From NCBI GenBank assembly GCA_041946805.1, contig JBHGBC010000045.1, positions 1-39,702 on the forward strand: a stretch of 39,702 nucleotides of DNA, read 5' to 3'. Source of the DNA: a bacterium. GTDB lineage: Bacteria; Hinthialibacterota; Hinthialibacteria; Hinthialibacterales; Hinthialibacteraceae. Both the position numbers and the translations under genes were made by a program. Shown piece after piece: positions 17,844 to 27,124 of the stretch. The notes under the pieces were generated by a model that made no database searches, had not been told where the DNA came from, and worked only from the letters and a program-made list of their open reading frames with translations. Numbering within the stretch: position 1 is the first letter of the stretch; each line of letters starts with the position of its first letter.

Positions 17844-17934
17844 TGATACAATGGCCTGAGGTTCTGGCGGCCTGCCGGAGAGACCGTGTAACCCAATCCC
17901 CCGCCCGGGGGATTCGATCTTCGACATATACCAT

Positions 17935-18021
17935 GGAGGGGTGGCCGAGCGGCTGAAGGCACCGGTTTGCTAAACCGGCATACGGGAAACTGTATCGTGG
18001 GTTCGAATCCCACCCCCTCCG
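17935..18021 (+). tRNA. tRNA-Ser(GCT), CCA not encoded
   Basis: GGAGGGG/CCCCTCC acceptor, CCGGT-TTGCTAA-ACCGG anticodon arm, long variable arm, discriminator G. Confidence 0.97.
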
Positions 18022-18234
18022 GTTGAATCTCTCTTGTATTTTTGGGTGAATCCTCTTCAAGCCCTGAGGGCTGATTTATTCTCACATGTTGAAGTGGGAT
18101 GGATTCGTGTGTCATTGCGTCACCCATCATACCCTCAAACCTCTTTTCTCAACTCCCACTCCCTCTGGGAGAGGGCCAGGGTGAGGGAATTGAATTGGTA
18201 ATCCTGCGTGTGTCAGAAAAACCTGGATGCTGTA

Positions 18235-18316
18235 CGGGAGGGCGAGGCACCGCCGAGCCGAATGGTTTCGGTACGCCCCGCGATTCCCGCGGCTCACCCG
18301 GAGGTTCGCCCTCCCG
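18235..18316. repeat. Paired inverted repeat (REPIN-like, family C)
   Basis: CGGGAGGGCGAGGCACCGCCGAGCCG ... CGGCTCACCCGGAGGTTCGCCCTCCCG; decayed second copy at 28691-28776. Confidence 0.75.
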
Positions 18317-18462
18317 GTTCACCATTCTCCTTTTCTTCCAGCCAGGCCGTGCTCTTCTGCGAGAACAATTCAATCACTTCCCGGATCAATCCGAAGCGGG
18401 CATGATGACTTATCATGGTTCATTGGAATGCTGGAAATTTCACGGCAAGGAACATCTGCGGC

Positions 18463-19290
18463 ATGCTTTTGCGCGTTGGACTGATTCTCGTCGTCCTCTA
18501 TCTCTTTTTCCGTTGGTTCGAGCGGTCGAACATCTGGATGCCCCGGCGGGATTTCATTGCCACTCCGGACGCGGCCGGCCTCGCGTATGAGGATGTTTCG
18601 CTCCAAACCGCCGATGGCTTGCGCCTGCACGGTTGGTACCTTCCTCACGCGGAGGCCAGCGCGGCGTTGCTCTTTTGCCACGGCAACGCGGGCAACGTCA
18701 GCCACCGGATCGAATCGCTGCGGCAATGGCATTCGCTTGGCCTGAATGTCTTCCTTTTCGATTACCGGGGCTACGGCCGCAGCGCGGGGCGGCCTACGGA
18801 AGAGGGAACCTACCAGGATGCCCTGGCCGCGTACAATTGGCTGCAAGGCCGCGGCCCGGATCTCCCCATCGTTCTCTTCGGGCGGTCGTTGGGGGCCGCG
18901 GTGGCCATCGATCTGGCCGCGCGGGGCAAGGGAGCGGCCTTGATCGCCGAAAGCGGATTCACCTCGGTCCCCGCCATCGGCCAGGAGCTGTTCCCGATCC
19001 TGCCGGTGAAATGGCTGGTCCGGACGCGATACGACAGCCTCGCGAAAATTCCCCAAGTAAAAATCCCCGTGCTGGTGATTCACAGCCGCGAGGATGAAAT
19101 CGTCCCCTTTCATCATGGCGAAGCCTTGTTTGAAGCCGCGCCCGGCCCCAAACAGTTTTTGGAAATCCGGGGAGGGCACAATGACGGCTATGTGCTCTCC
19201 GAAACTGAGTATTTGAGGGGGATTCAGGCGTTTCTGGATTATTCTATGAAGAAAAGAAATATCTCCCCGCAGGGGATCAAAATCCAGTAG
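18463..19290 (+). CDS. Alpha/beta hydrolase (ABHD13/Bem46-like), membrane-anchored
   Basis: CHGNAGN, DYRGYG, GRSLG nucleophile, HSREDEIVP, GGHND. Confidence 0.92.
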   Translation: MLLRVGLILVVLYLFFRWFERSNIWMPRRDFIATPDAAGLAYEDVSLQTADGLRLHGWYLPHAEASAALLFCHGNAGNVSHRIESLRQWHSLGLNVFLFDYRGYGRSAGRPTEEGTYQDALAAYNWLQGRGPDLPIVLFGRSLGAAVAIDLAARGKGAALIAESGFTSVPAIGQELFPILPVKWLVRTRYDSLAKIPQVKIPVLVIHSREDEIVPFHHGEALFEAAPGPKQFLEIRGGHNDGYVLSETEYLRGIQAFLDYSMKKRNISPQGIKIQ

Positions 19291-19313
19291 GGGCACGTGG
19301 CCGCGTGCCCCTA
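19287..19313 (+). repeat. GTAG-type REP palindrome (family B) overlapping the hydrolase stop codon
   Basis: GTAGGGGCACG-TGGCCG-CGTGCCCCTA; relatives at 6605-6631, 14315-14340, 25518-25539, 28351-28378, 35226-35252, 39680-39702. Confidence 0.8.
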
Positions 19314-19564
19314 TTTCCCATCCGTTACGTCATTCCGCATTCCCTCCCCCCGGCCCTCTCCCAGAGAGAGGTTGTAAATTTGATGGGTTACGTGCCGCGC
19401 GCTAATCCATCCTCCATCTCAACCCACCCTGCCTTTTGCCCCTTGAATTCCGCATCCCTCACCTTTGTTGACTCTCCTCCCGGATTCGGTACCATGGAGG
19501 ACACTGGCTGAAGCGGCATCCGGACACTAGTCAGCCAGCAATCCCGCAGGGAAGAGGAACGGAG

Positions 19565-20866
19565 ATGAACGCAGAAAACCGAAGATCCTTTTTGAAAAAC
19601 ACTTCTATTGCCACGCTGGCGGCGGCGGGCGCGGCGGTCAACCTCAATCCCGCTGCCCTGGGCGCGAACGAAAAAATCCGCCTGGCGTTGATCGGCTGCC
19701 GCAGCCGGGGCTGGCAAGTAGCGGGCGAGGCGCCCCAGTTGGGGGCGGAAATCCACACGCTGTGCGACATCGATCCCCAGGTGCTGGAGGACATCGGCGG
19801 CCGCGCCGAGAAGGCCCAGGGCAGCAAGCCCAAAACCTGCATGCGCTATGAAGAAGTGCTGGAGGACAAAAACATCGACGCGGTGATAATCGCCACGCCC
19901 GACCACTGGCACGCCATCATCACGCTCCTGGCCTGCCAGGCGGGGAAGGATGTCTATGTCGAAAAGCCTCTCTCGCACACCATCCAGGAGGGACAGCTCA
20001 TGCGCGACGCCGCCCGCCATTACCAGCGGGTTATGCAGGTGGGGCTGCAACGCCGCAGCATGAACCATTTCAAGTCCGCCGTCGACTACGTGGCCTCGGG
20101 CCAACTTGGGAAACTATGCCTGGTCAAGGCCTGGATGTGCCAGGTGCGCGGAAGCATCGGCCATCCGCCGGACAGCGATCCCCCCGCGGGCGTGGATTAC
20201 GACCGCTGGCTCGGCCCGGCTCCCAAGCGGCCGTTCAACAAGAACCGCTTCCATTACAACTGGCGCTTTTTCTGGGATTACTGCAACAGCGAACTGGGCA
20301 ATCAGGGCGTGCACATGCTGGATATCGCCCTGTGGGGCATTCAGGCCGTCCGCGGCAATCCCCATCAACTGCCCACCCGTATCTCGTCGCAAGGCGGAAT
20401 CTATTGGAAACTCGACGACCTCAAGGAAGTGCCCGACACGCAGGTGGTGACCTACGACTTCGGCGATCTGTTGCTGTCCTGGGAACTGCGCAGCTTCCTG
20501 AGCCATCACCCCATCGAGGGAACCGAGGCGGGGACGGGATTCTATTCCAACGAGGGCTGTTTGATCGTCGAGGGTGACCGGTGGAAGGTGTACCGGCCCG
20601 ACGGTTCCAAGGAGATCGAGGAGAAAGCCTCGGGCGGCTCGCACCTGAAGAACTTTTTGGATTGCATCAAGAGCCGCGGGGAGCCGAATTCGGATATCGA
20701 ACTCGGCCGCTTGAGCACCACCCTATGCCACCTGGGCAACATTTCGCATCACCTGGGGCGGGAAGTGGTCTTCGATCCCGCCACCGAGACCTTTGGCAAC
20801 GACCGCGAAGCCAACCAGCGGTTGAGCAAGGAATACCGGGAGCCGTATGGGTTGCCCAAGGTGTGA
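19565..20866 (+). CDS. Gfo/Idh/MocA oxidoreductase with Tat signal
   Basis: NRRSFLK twin-arginine; ATPDHWH, GKDVYVEKP, QVGLQRRS, GVHMLD. Confidence 0.93.
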   Translation: MNAENRRSFLKNTSIATLAAAGAAVNLNPAALGANEKIRLALIGCRSRGWQVAGEAPQLGAEIHTLCDIDPQVLEDIGGRAEKAQGSKPKTCMRYEEVLEDKNIDAVIIATPDHWHAIITLLACQAGKDVYVEKPLSHTIQEGQLMRDAARHYQRVMQVGLQRRSMNHFKSAVDYVASGQLGKLCLVKAWMCQVRGSIGHPPDSDPPAGVDYDRWLGPAPKRPFNKNRFHYNWRFFWDYCNSELGNQGVHMLDIALWGIQAVRGNPHQLPTRISSQGGIYWKLDDLKEVPDTQVVTYDFGDLLLSWELRSFLSHHPIEGTEAGTGFYSNEGCLIVEGDRWKVYRPDGSKEIEEKASGGSHLKNFLDCIKSRGEPNSDIELGRLSTTLCHLGNISHHLGREVVFDPATETFGNDREANQRLSKEYREPYGLPKV

Positions 20867-21216
20867 GGGGGGGTATCGAGTGAAGCGCCCATGGCGCGCC
20901 AGAAGATAGCCCAGGGCAACGCCCTGGGAAAATGAGGATAAAAGTAATGATCCCCTCTCCCTCTGAGAGAGGGCCAGGGTGAGGGAAGGCCTATCCTCGG
21001 CGCCGATCCCTTCGGCGGATTCCTATACGTTGGGCAGGAAGGAAATTGTTTTCCTTTGCTTCAGAGTCAGGGAATTGAAATACGATTTTCCCCATCCTGT
21101 ACGCATTTGCCAGATGAAAGCTTTGCCTCGATCCGCGTTTTTCTGGATCCCCGCTTTCAGGGGATGATATCCAAATGATCGAATCCGGTTGCAAAGAGAC
21201 CTGATACGGATCCCCC

Positions 21217-22095
21217 TCACAATCCGTTCAGCCGTTTGGCGTGCAGATACATGATGGAGTGGTCCAGGGCGCCGAGGCCTTCCTGGTCGAGGGTCTGAAA
21301 GATCGCGTTGACCTTTTCGGTCAGTTCGAGTTTCGCGCCGTATTGCCGGGCGGCCTCCATGGCCAGGCGCAAGTCCTTGGCGTGCAAGCCGAGAGCGAAA
21401 CGGGCAGGGGTGAAATCGTCCCGCAGCATTTGGGGGCCTCGCATTTTCAGCAACCACGATTGCGCCGCGCCGCCCCCCACGGCTTGCAACACCTTTTCCG
21501 CGTCGATGCCCGCCTTCTTGGCCAGGACGATCCCTTCCGCCACCGCCTCGAGGTGCAGGGCGCCGACGATCTGGTTGATGGCCTTGGTCATTTGGCCCGA
21601 ACCCGGCGGTCCGATGAGGATGATGGTCTTGCCAACGGCTTCCAGCACCGGCTTGGCGCGCTCGAAGACCTCTTCCTCGCCGCCCGCCATGATCGACAGT
21701 TCGCCGGTGCGCGCCCCTTCCGGCCCGCCGCTGACGGGAGTGTCGAGCACGCCGATGCCTCGGGGCTTCAGTTCGTCCGCCATGCGCCGGGCCAGCGCGG
21801 GCGAACTGGTGCTGCAATCGGCGATGATGCCCCCCGGCTGCATGCCCTTCGCGACGCCTTGGGGGCCTAAAATGACCGCTTCCACGTCGGGCACGTCCGA
21901 CACACAAGTGAAGACCATTTCCGATTTCTGGCCCACTTCGGCGGGCGAGGCGCAGGGCGTGGCGCCTTCCTCGACCAGCGGTTGCATCTTTTCGGCGGTC
22001 CGGTTGTAGATGGCCAAGTCATATCCCGCCTTCATGAGGTTGCGGCTCATGCGCAGGCCCATGGTCCCAATTCCGACAAAACCGATGCGTTTCAT
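21217..22095 (-). CDS. Beta-hydroxyacid dehydrogenase (2-hydroxy-3-oxopropionate reductase/3-hydroxyisobutyrate dehydrogenase family)
   Basis: IGFVGIGTMG, DTPVSGG, GSGQMTKAINQ, KDLRLA. Confidence 0.93.
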   Translation of the reverse strand: MKRIGFVGIGTMGLRMSRNLMKAGYDLAIYNRTAEKMQPLVEEGATPCASPAEVGQKSEMVFTCVSDVPDVEAVILGPQGVAKGMQPGGIIADCSTSSPALARRMADELKPRGIGVLDTPVSGGPEGARTGELSIMAGGEEEVFERAKPVLEAVGKTIILIGPPGSGQMTKAINQIVGALHLEAVAEGIVLAKKAGIDAEKVLQAVGGGAAQSWLLKMRGPQMLRDDFTPARFALGLHAKDLRLAMEAARQYGAKLELTEKVNAIFQTLDQEGLGALDHSIMYLHAKRLNGL

Positions 22096-22462
22096 GCCGG
22101 CTCCTTTCCAACCATTGGCGATAATCCAATGAGAATTTTCCGTCGGGCGTATTACATCGTAAAGGATTTATTTAAACAATCCCTTCCCAATGGTTTGCCA
22201 GGATGCCCACTCAAGACAGCAGGGCGGACCATTTCTTGCCCCTCCCGGGGAAGGTCTTCATTCAATCCTGGGGCGTTTTCATCCGCACATTGAAAACGAT
22301 TCCATGTGAAAGGTCCAGAGGGCGCCAACCTTTCCTCCGGCGGTGAGATTTTGTGGATTATTGAATGCTTCCATTCCATCAGAATATATTTCATTTATAA
22401 TATCACTTCATGAATCATTATTCGATTTAGATTGATTACATCTACCAGATTATTATTGATAT

Positions 22463-23656
22463 ATGAAAGATTATCGTGAATCAAAAATGAATTCATTATT
22501 GAAATCACATCCCTGGATCACCTTTCGGCTGAATCTCAACCAGGCCAGTCATCGTTTTTGGTTGCTGCTCGGCGAGGCTCAATCCAAATGCGAGCACATC
22601 GCGGGCGTGCCCCTGCGCCCCGCCGTTTCCAAGGAGTTGCACCAAGTCTTTCTGGCCAAGGGAATCCTGGCCACTACCGCCATCGAGGGAAACACTCTCA
22701 ACGAACAGCAGGTCCGCGACCGCATCGAGGGCAAACTCCAACTGCCGCCATCGCAAGAATACCTGGGCCAGGAAATCGACAACATCCTGGATGCCTGCAA
22801 CCTCATCGTGAAGCGGCTGGTGCATGATGAAATATCGGACATCGTCTTTCCGGAAACGATCCTGGAATACAATCAAATCACGTTAAAGAATCTTCCACGG
22901 GACGCGGAGGTGATCCCCGGCGCGATCCGGACACATGAAGTCGGCGTGGGCCGCTACAAGGCGCCGCCCGCTCAACACTGCGCCCAACTCCTGGAACATC
23001 TCTGCCGGTTTTTGAATGAGGATTTCAACGCGTTGGAAATCGGTTCCATCGCCCGCGGCATTCTCAAAGCCACGCTCGCCCATCTCTACCTGGCGTGGAT
23101 TCACCCCTTCGGCGATGGCAACGGCCGCACGGCGCGCCTGGTCGAATTTCAAATGCTGGCGGCTCACGGCGTACCCACACCCGCCGCGCATCTGCTCAGC
23201 AACCATTACAACATCACCCGCGCGGAATATTACCGCCAACAGGACGCGGCCAGCCGATCGGGAGGAAATGTCTTTCCTTTTCTGGAATACGCGCTGAAAG
23301 GTTTTGTGGATGGATTAAAAAATCAACTGGAGATAATCCGGCATCAGGTCTGGGACATTGTATGGAGAACTTATATTCATGAGATCTTCAAGGACCAGAA
23401 CCGGGCGAGCGTGGTCCGCCGGCGGAGGCTCGCCCTGGATCTATCCATCCGTGGTGAGCGTGTACCGCTCAATCAAATCCGCTCGATCACTCCACGGATT
23501 GCCGAACAATACGCCAAAAAATCAAGTCTGACGATATCCCGGGATGTCAACGCTCTGATCGAATTGGGATTGATCGACAAGAACGCGGAGGGCGTGCGCG
23601 CCAAACGCGAGATCATCCTCTCCTTTTTACCGGTCCGCCGTCTGCGGGATCAGTAA
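22463..23656 (+). CDS. Fic-domain protein with internal inhibitory motif and C-terminal HTH
   Basis: HPFGDGNGRTAR; TTAIEGN (S/T-xxx-E-G/N); TISRDVNALIELGLI; start could be 22487. Confidence 0.92.
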   Translation: MKDYRESKMNSLLKSHPWITFRLNLNQASHRFWLLLGEAQSKCEHIAGVPLRPAVSKELHQVFLAKGILATTAIEGNTLNEQQVRDRIEGKLQLPPSQEYLGQEIDNILDACNLIVKRLVHDEISDIVFPETILEYNQITLKNLPRDAEVIPGAIRTHEVGVGRYKAPPAQHCAQLLEHLCRFLNEDFNALEIGSIARGILKATLAHLYLAWIHPFGDGNGRTARLVEFQMLAAHGVPTPAAHLLSNHYNITRAEYYRQQDAASRSGGNVFPFLEYALKGFVDGLKNQLEIIRHQVWDIVWRTYIHEIFKDQNRASVVRRRRLALDLSIRGERVPLNQIRSITPRIAEQYAKKSSLTISRDVNALIELGLIDKNAEGVRAKREIILSFLPVRRLRDQ

Positions 23657-23661
23657 TCCCC

Positions 23662-25299
23662 CTACTTCTCCTCCCCCACCTTCGCCACCCCCAGCGAGCG
23701 CGGCTGCAGTTCAAACGTGAGTGATTGCCCATCCACCTTCAGCGAAACCGATTCGTTCCTAGGCAACGCGAAGAAGGTTTCCCGCGCGCGGGCTTGCGCG
23801 TTTTCCGGCAAAGGTTTTTCCAGGCGGATCGTGAACACCCCCGGCTCGTCCCGGAAATTCTCCACCGCCCACACGCCGTTGTCGTACATATAAAACGCCA
23901 CCCGCGTGGGACCTTCCACCGCCAGCCCTAGGGCCTTCAGCAGCGGTTCGCGAAACCGGCGCAACGCGGCCTCGTCCAGGTTGTACAAATCCCGCGGCTC
24001 TTCGGGAATCTGGAGGATGGAAACCGCCTCGGGCACGGGAACGTTCTTCTCTTTCAGCCGATCCCGCAGATGATGCGTGAGCGTCACCGGTTTGCCCGCC
24101 TTCACAAATTCGCGGAGTTGGGGAGCGAATACGTTCTCTTCCCAACTCTGCGTGGCGAAGACCGCCGCCGGATACGACGCGTCGATCCGTCCCAGGGGAA
24201 CCAGGGGGACGCCCAACATGCCGATGAAATCGTAGATATACTCCTCCTTGCCCGGCGCGCTGTTGGGTATTTTGGGAGCGAGGACGCCCACCGGCTTCGC
24301 GCCCGCCACCGTTTCCGCCAGTCTGAACAAGGCCGGCATTTCGGTGAGCAACGCCGCCGGTTTGGCTTTGTTTTCATCGCGGATCAGGTCGGCGTAGTTG
24401 AACAAAAACGCCTCTTTTGCGCCGCCCAGAATGGTCTGCCGCGCCTGCTCGACATACGTCGCGGGGCTGGTTCCGTACGGATCGAACCAGCCGCCGCCGG
24501 TCTTCGCGCCGCCCAGGTCCGTCAGCCATTGCATGATGTAAAACGCCTCGTACTGCGCCTTGCGCCCCCACTGGCGGCTGTCCGGATCGCGCGTCTCGGT
24601 CCCCACCCAGATGCGGTCGAAGGCGTCCGTCTGCTTCACCACGTCATACCCCCGCTCGTGGAACATGTCGTACCATTGCGGATACTTGATGATCACCTTC
24701 ACGTTCGGATTCACCGCGCGCGCCGGGGCGAGAATGTCCTCCCGGCTTACTCTCAGCATCAGTTCGCAACGGTACTCGGCCCAGGAACGGTCCCCTTTCG
24801 CTTTCTGGGACCCCTCGGAAGTGTCTTCGGTGAAAAGGAAATCGTCGATCATGATCTCGTCGAAGAGGGATGCCGCGTATTCGAAGACCGCCCGGCATTT
24901 CGCCCGCGTCTCGGGGGCTTCGTAGTTCGATACCACCCTCCAACCCGTGGACGCCACGCCCATGCCCGTGGGGGTTACGCAGCCGGATACGGCGAAGCCC
25001 GCCTCCCGGAACCGGTCACGGCCCCGGACCAAATCTTCTTTCTCCGCCTGGTAGCCGTCGCGGAACGATTCGATGAACACCCGCGTGACACCGTGCTCCT
25101 GGCACCACTGGATGGCCTGATCGATTTTCTGCTCATCCTGGAAATGCCTCCGGACCGCCTGGGCGGTGAACAGCGTGGAAAACCGGAAGGTTTTCTCATG
25201 CGCCTTGGCCAGGTCCCACATCGGTAACTCCGCCGCGCCCGCCAAGCCGGCGAGCCCGACCGCCATCAGGATTCCACACATCCATCTTTTCACCATCAT
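23662..25299 (-). CDS. Secreted hypothetical protein, putative glycoside-hydrolase-like TIM barrel
   Basis: Sec signal (AGLAGAA); acidic motifs EIMIDDFLFTED and WVGTETRD; strong codon bias; no family assignable by eye. Confidence 0.6.
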   Translation of the reverse strand: MMVKRWMCGILMAVGLAGLAGAAELPMWDLAKAHEKTFRFSTLFTAQAVRRHFQDEQKIDQAIQWCQEHGVTRVFIESFRDGYQAEKEDLVRGRDRFREAGFAVSGCVTPTGMGVASTGWRVVSNYEAPETRAKCRAVFEYAASLFDEIMIDDFLFTEDTSEGSQKAKGDRSWAEYRCELMLRVSREDILAPARAVNPNVKVIIKYPQWYDMFHERGYDVVKQTDAFDRIWVGTETRDPDSRQWGRKAQYEAFYIMQWLTDLGGAKTGGGWFDPYGTSPATYVEQARQTILGGAKEAFLFNYADLIRDENKAKPAALLTEMPALFRLAETVAGAKPVGVLAPKIPNSAPGKEEYIYDFIGMLGVPLVPLGRIDASYPAAVFATQSWEENVFAPQLREFVKAGKPVTLTHHLRDRLKEKNVPVPEAVSILQIPEEPRDLYNLDEAALRRFREPLLKALGLAVEGPTRVAFYMYDNGVWAVENFRDEPGVFTIRLEKPLPENAQARARETFFALPRNESVSLKVDGQSLTFELQPRSLGVAKVGEEK

Positions 25300-25580
25300 T
25301 CATGTCCTTTGGATTTGAGTTTTTAGCCGCTATTTACTCGATTACTGAGAAAGGATGAATTTCACCCTGCCAGGATTTCCCTCACCCTGCCCCTCTCCCA
25401 GAGGGAAAGGGAATCAGGCAAGAGGGGTGATTTTGATGGATAACGCTTCGCTACTGATCCTATACATAGTTATCAGAACAAATCCCGCCCTGGTTTTCAA
25501 GGAGATTCATCGGTGGCGTGGGGGATAGCCCGCCCCCACTCAAAGCATGATTTTGCGGCTCATGGATTGACCACAAAACG

Positions 25581-25618
25581 GATTGTGGATCATTTTTCGT
25601 GATTTTTGATCCACAATC
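25581..25618. repeat. 12-bp perfect inverted repeat with 14-nt spacer downstream of the second fic gene
   Basis: GATTGTGGATCA ... TGATCCACAATC. Confidence 0.8.
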
Positions 25619-25640
25619 GCGGTTATGGTGAACCAGCGAT

Positions 25641-26756
25641 CTACAAACGGCTTCTCTCCTCGGTGATTTTGAGGAGTTCTGTAAAACCAAAGATGGCCGG
25701 ACGTTGCCCGCGGGATTCTTGGATTTGATATAAAATATTACTATTATGCAATATTTTAAGGAATCGTTTGGCGGTTGAAGAGGGAATACCCGAATATTTG
25801 TTGAAATCCGTGGAACTGAAGATCGGGCGCGCAAAAAGAAAATCCAAAGCCTTGATGGCAAATGGAGAACGCATCAACTCAATCCATTGCACCTTTTTTT
25901 CCGAATACAGATGCAGAATAGCAGATGCTTTTTCTTGATTGATCCGTGCTTGTTGAACTATGGCCTCGAGAAAGAATTCGCACCAACCCGTCCAATCGCC
26001 ATCCCGCGATACCGCCAGAAGCTTTTCATAGTAGATATCCCGGTTTTTTTCGAAATATTCGCTTATATAGAACATAGGACTATTAAGTAATTTTGCGTTA
26101 AATAGAAACAAGGGGACCAGCATTCTCCCCAAGCGGCCGTTGCCATCCAGAAATGGATGAAGCGCTTCGAATTCCGCGTGGAGAATAGCCAATTGCACCA
26201 AACGGTCCGGGACATTCGAATTGAGATACTTCTCCCAAACACTCATGGATTCGGGCAATTTTTCAGCGGATATCGGAATACAACGCGCTTGTTCAATTGG
26301 ACAACCCGGAGGAGCGATCCAGTTGGCGGTTCTGCGAAACTCGCCCCGAGATTTGCTCATGCCCCGGACATTCTCCATCAAGACGCGATGCGTTGCCTTG
26401 ATGACGCGCAGGCAAAGCGGGAGTTCATTCAGCAATTGAAGCGCATGGTTCATGGCCCGCCGGTAATTGAGGATTTCCTGAATATCGGTTTTGCGATCCT
26501 CGCTGAAACGGCCTGGATCCGCGCCCGCCTCGAATTCCAGCACTTCTTCCATGGTGGCCTGGATTCCTTCAATCCGGGACGATAAAACCGCTTCATGCGT
26601 GAATAAAGGCGTCAGGAGCACCGAGGGATTGGGTATGGCGGCCAAGATCCCGTCATAACGAGCCAAGGCCGCGTTGGCCGGGCCGATGATAGGAATCAAC
26701 TGTTTCCAATTCAACTCAGGGGGCGGAAACTGACCCAGATGATAATGGACAGGCAT
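25641..26756 (-). CDS. Fic-domain protein (Fic/DOC N-terminal type) with inhibitory motif and C-terminal HTH
   Basis: EAVLSSRIEG; HPFLDGNGRLGR; lower GC than neighbours. Confidence 0.93.
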   Translation of the reverse strand: MPVHYHLGQFPPPELNWKQLIPIIGPANAALARYDGILAAIPNPSVLLTPLFTHEAVLSSRIEGIQATMEEVLEFEAGADPGRFSEDRKTDIQEILNYRRAMNHALQLLNELPLCLRVIKATHRVLMENVRGMSKSRGEFRRTANWIAPPGCPIEQARCIPISAEKLPESMSVWEKYLNSNVPDRLVQLAILHAEFEALHPFLDGNGRLGRMLVPLFLFNAKLLNSPMFYISEYFEKNRDIYYEKLLAVSRDGDWTGWCEFFLEAIVQQARINQEKASAILHLYSEKKVQWIELMRSPFAIKALDFLFARPIFSSTDFNKYSGIPSSTAKRFLKILHNSNILYQIQESRGQRPAIFGFTELLKITEERSRL

Positions 26757-26931
26757 GATCGTGCTTTCGCGTTTCCCGGTTTTTTGAGTGCCGGATCAAT
26801 CATTCTGGTTATTCTAATTATATGTGTCCGATTCACTCACTGGAGAGCGCGAAGATCGTGCGAATGGGATTTATATGCCTATATCACCCAGATATTTACG
26901 CATTTTTTAAAGTCGATTCCTCCAAGTACCA

Positions 26932-26963
26932 TAAGTCATTGATTTTATATAATTTATATAAAA
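26932..26963. promoter_or_regulatory. IHF-consensus site abutting an AT-only palindrome
   Basis: Minus-strand AATCAATGACTTA fits WATCAANNNNTTR (26932-26944); TTTTATATAA-T-TTATATAAAA (26943-26963). Confidence 0.5.
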
Positions 26964-27124
26964 GGCCGTAAAGATCTGCGTACTATTCGCATTCCGATTC
27001 ATCCAGAGCAATCCCGATCTTCCATTCGTCTCGTGCAACCCTCCATCCCCTTAGATTCTCTCCGGTAACTTTTCTATGATAGAGCGATCGCTCATTATTC
27101 AATGACCAATAAGGAGCCCTACTC

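Noticed and set aside
16569..18021. Integrative element at tRNA-Ser
   Set aside because: No integrase and no duplicated tRNA 3' end found; the TA genes lie upstream of the tRNAs
17578..18130. ORFs overlapping the tRNA-Ser pair
   Set aside because: Translations of tRNA sequence
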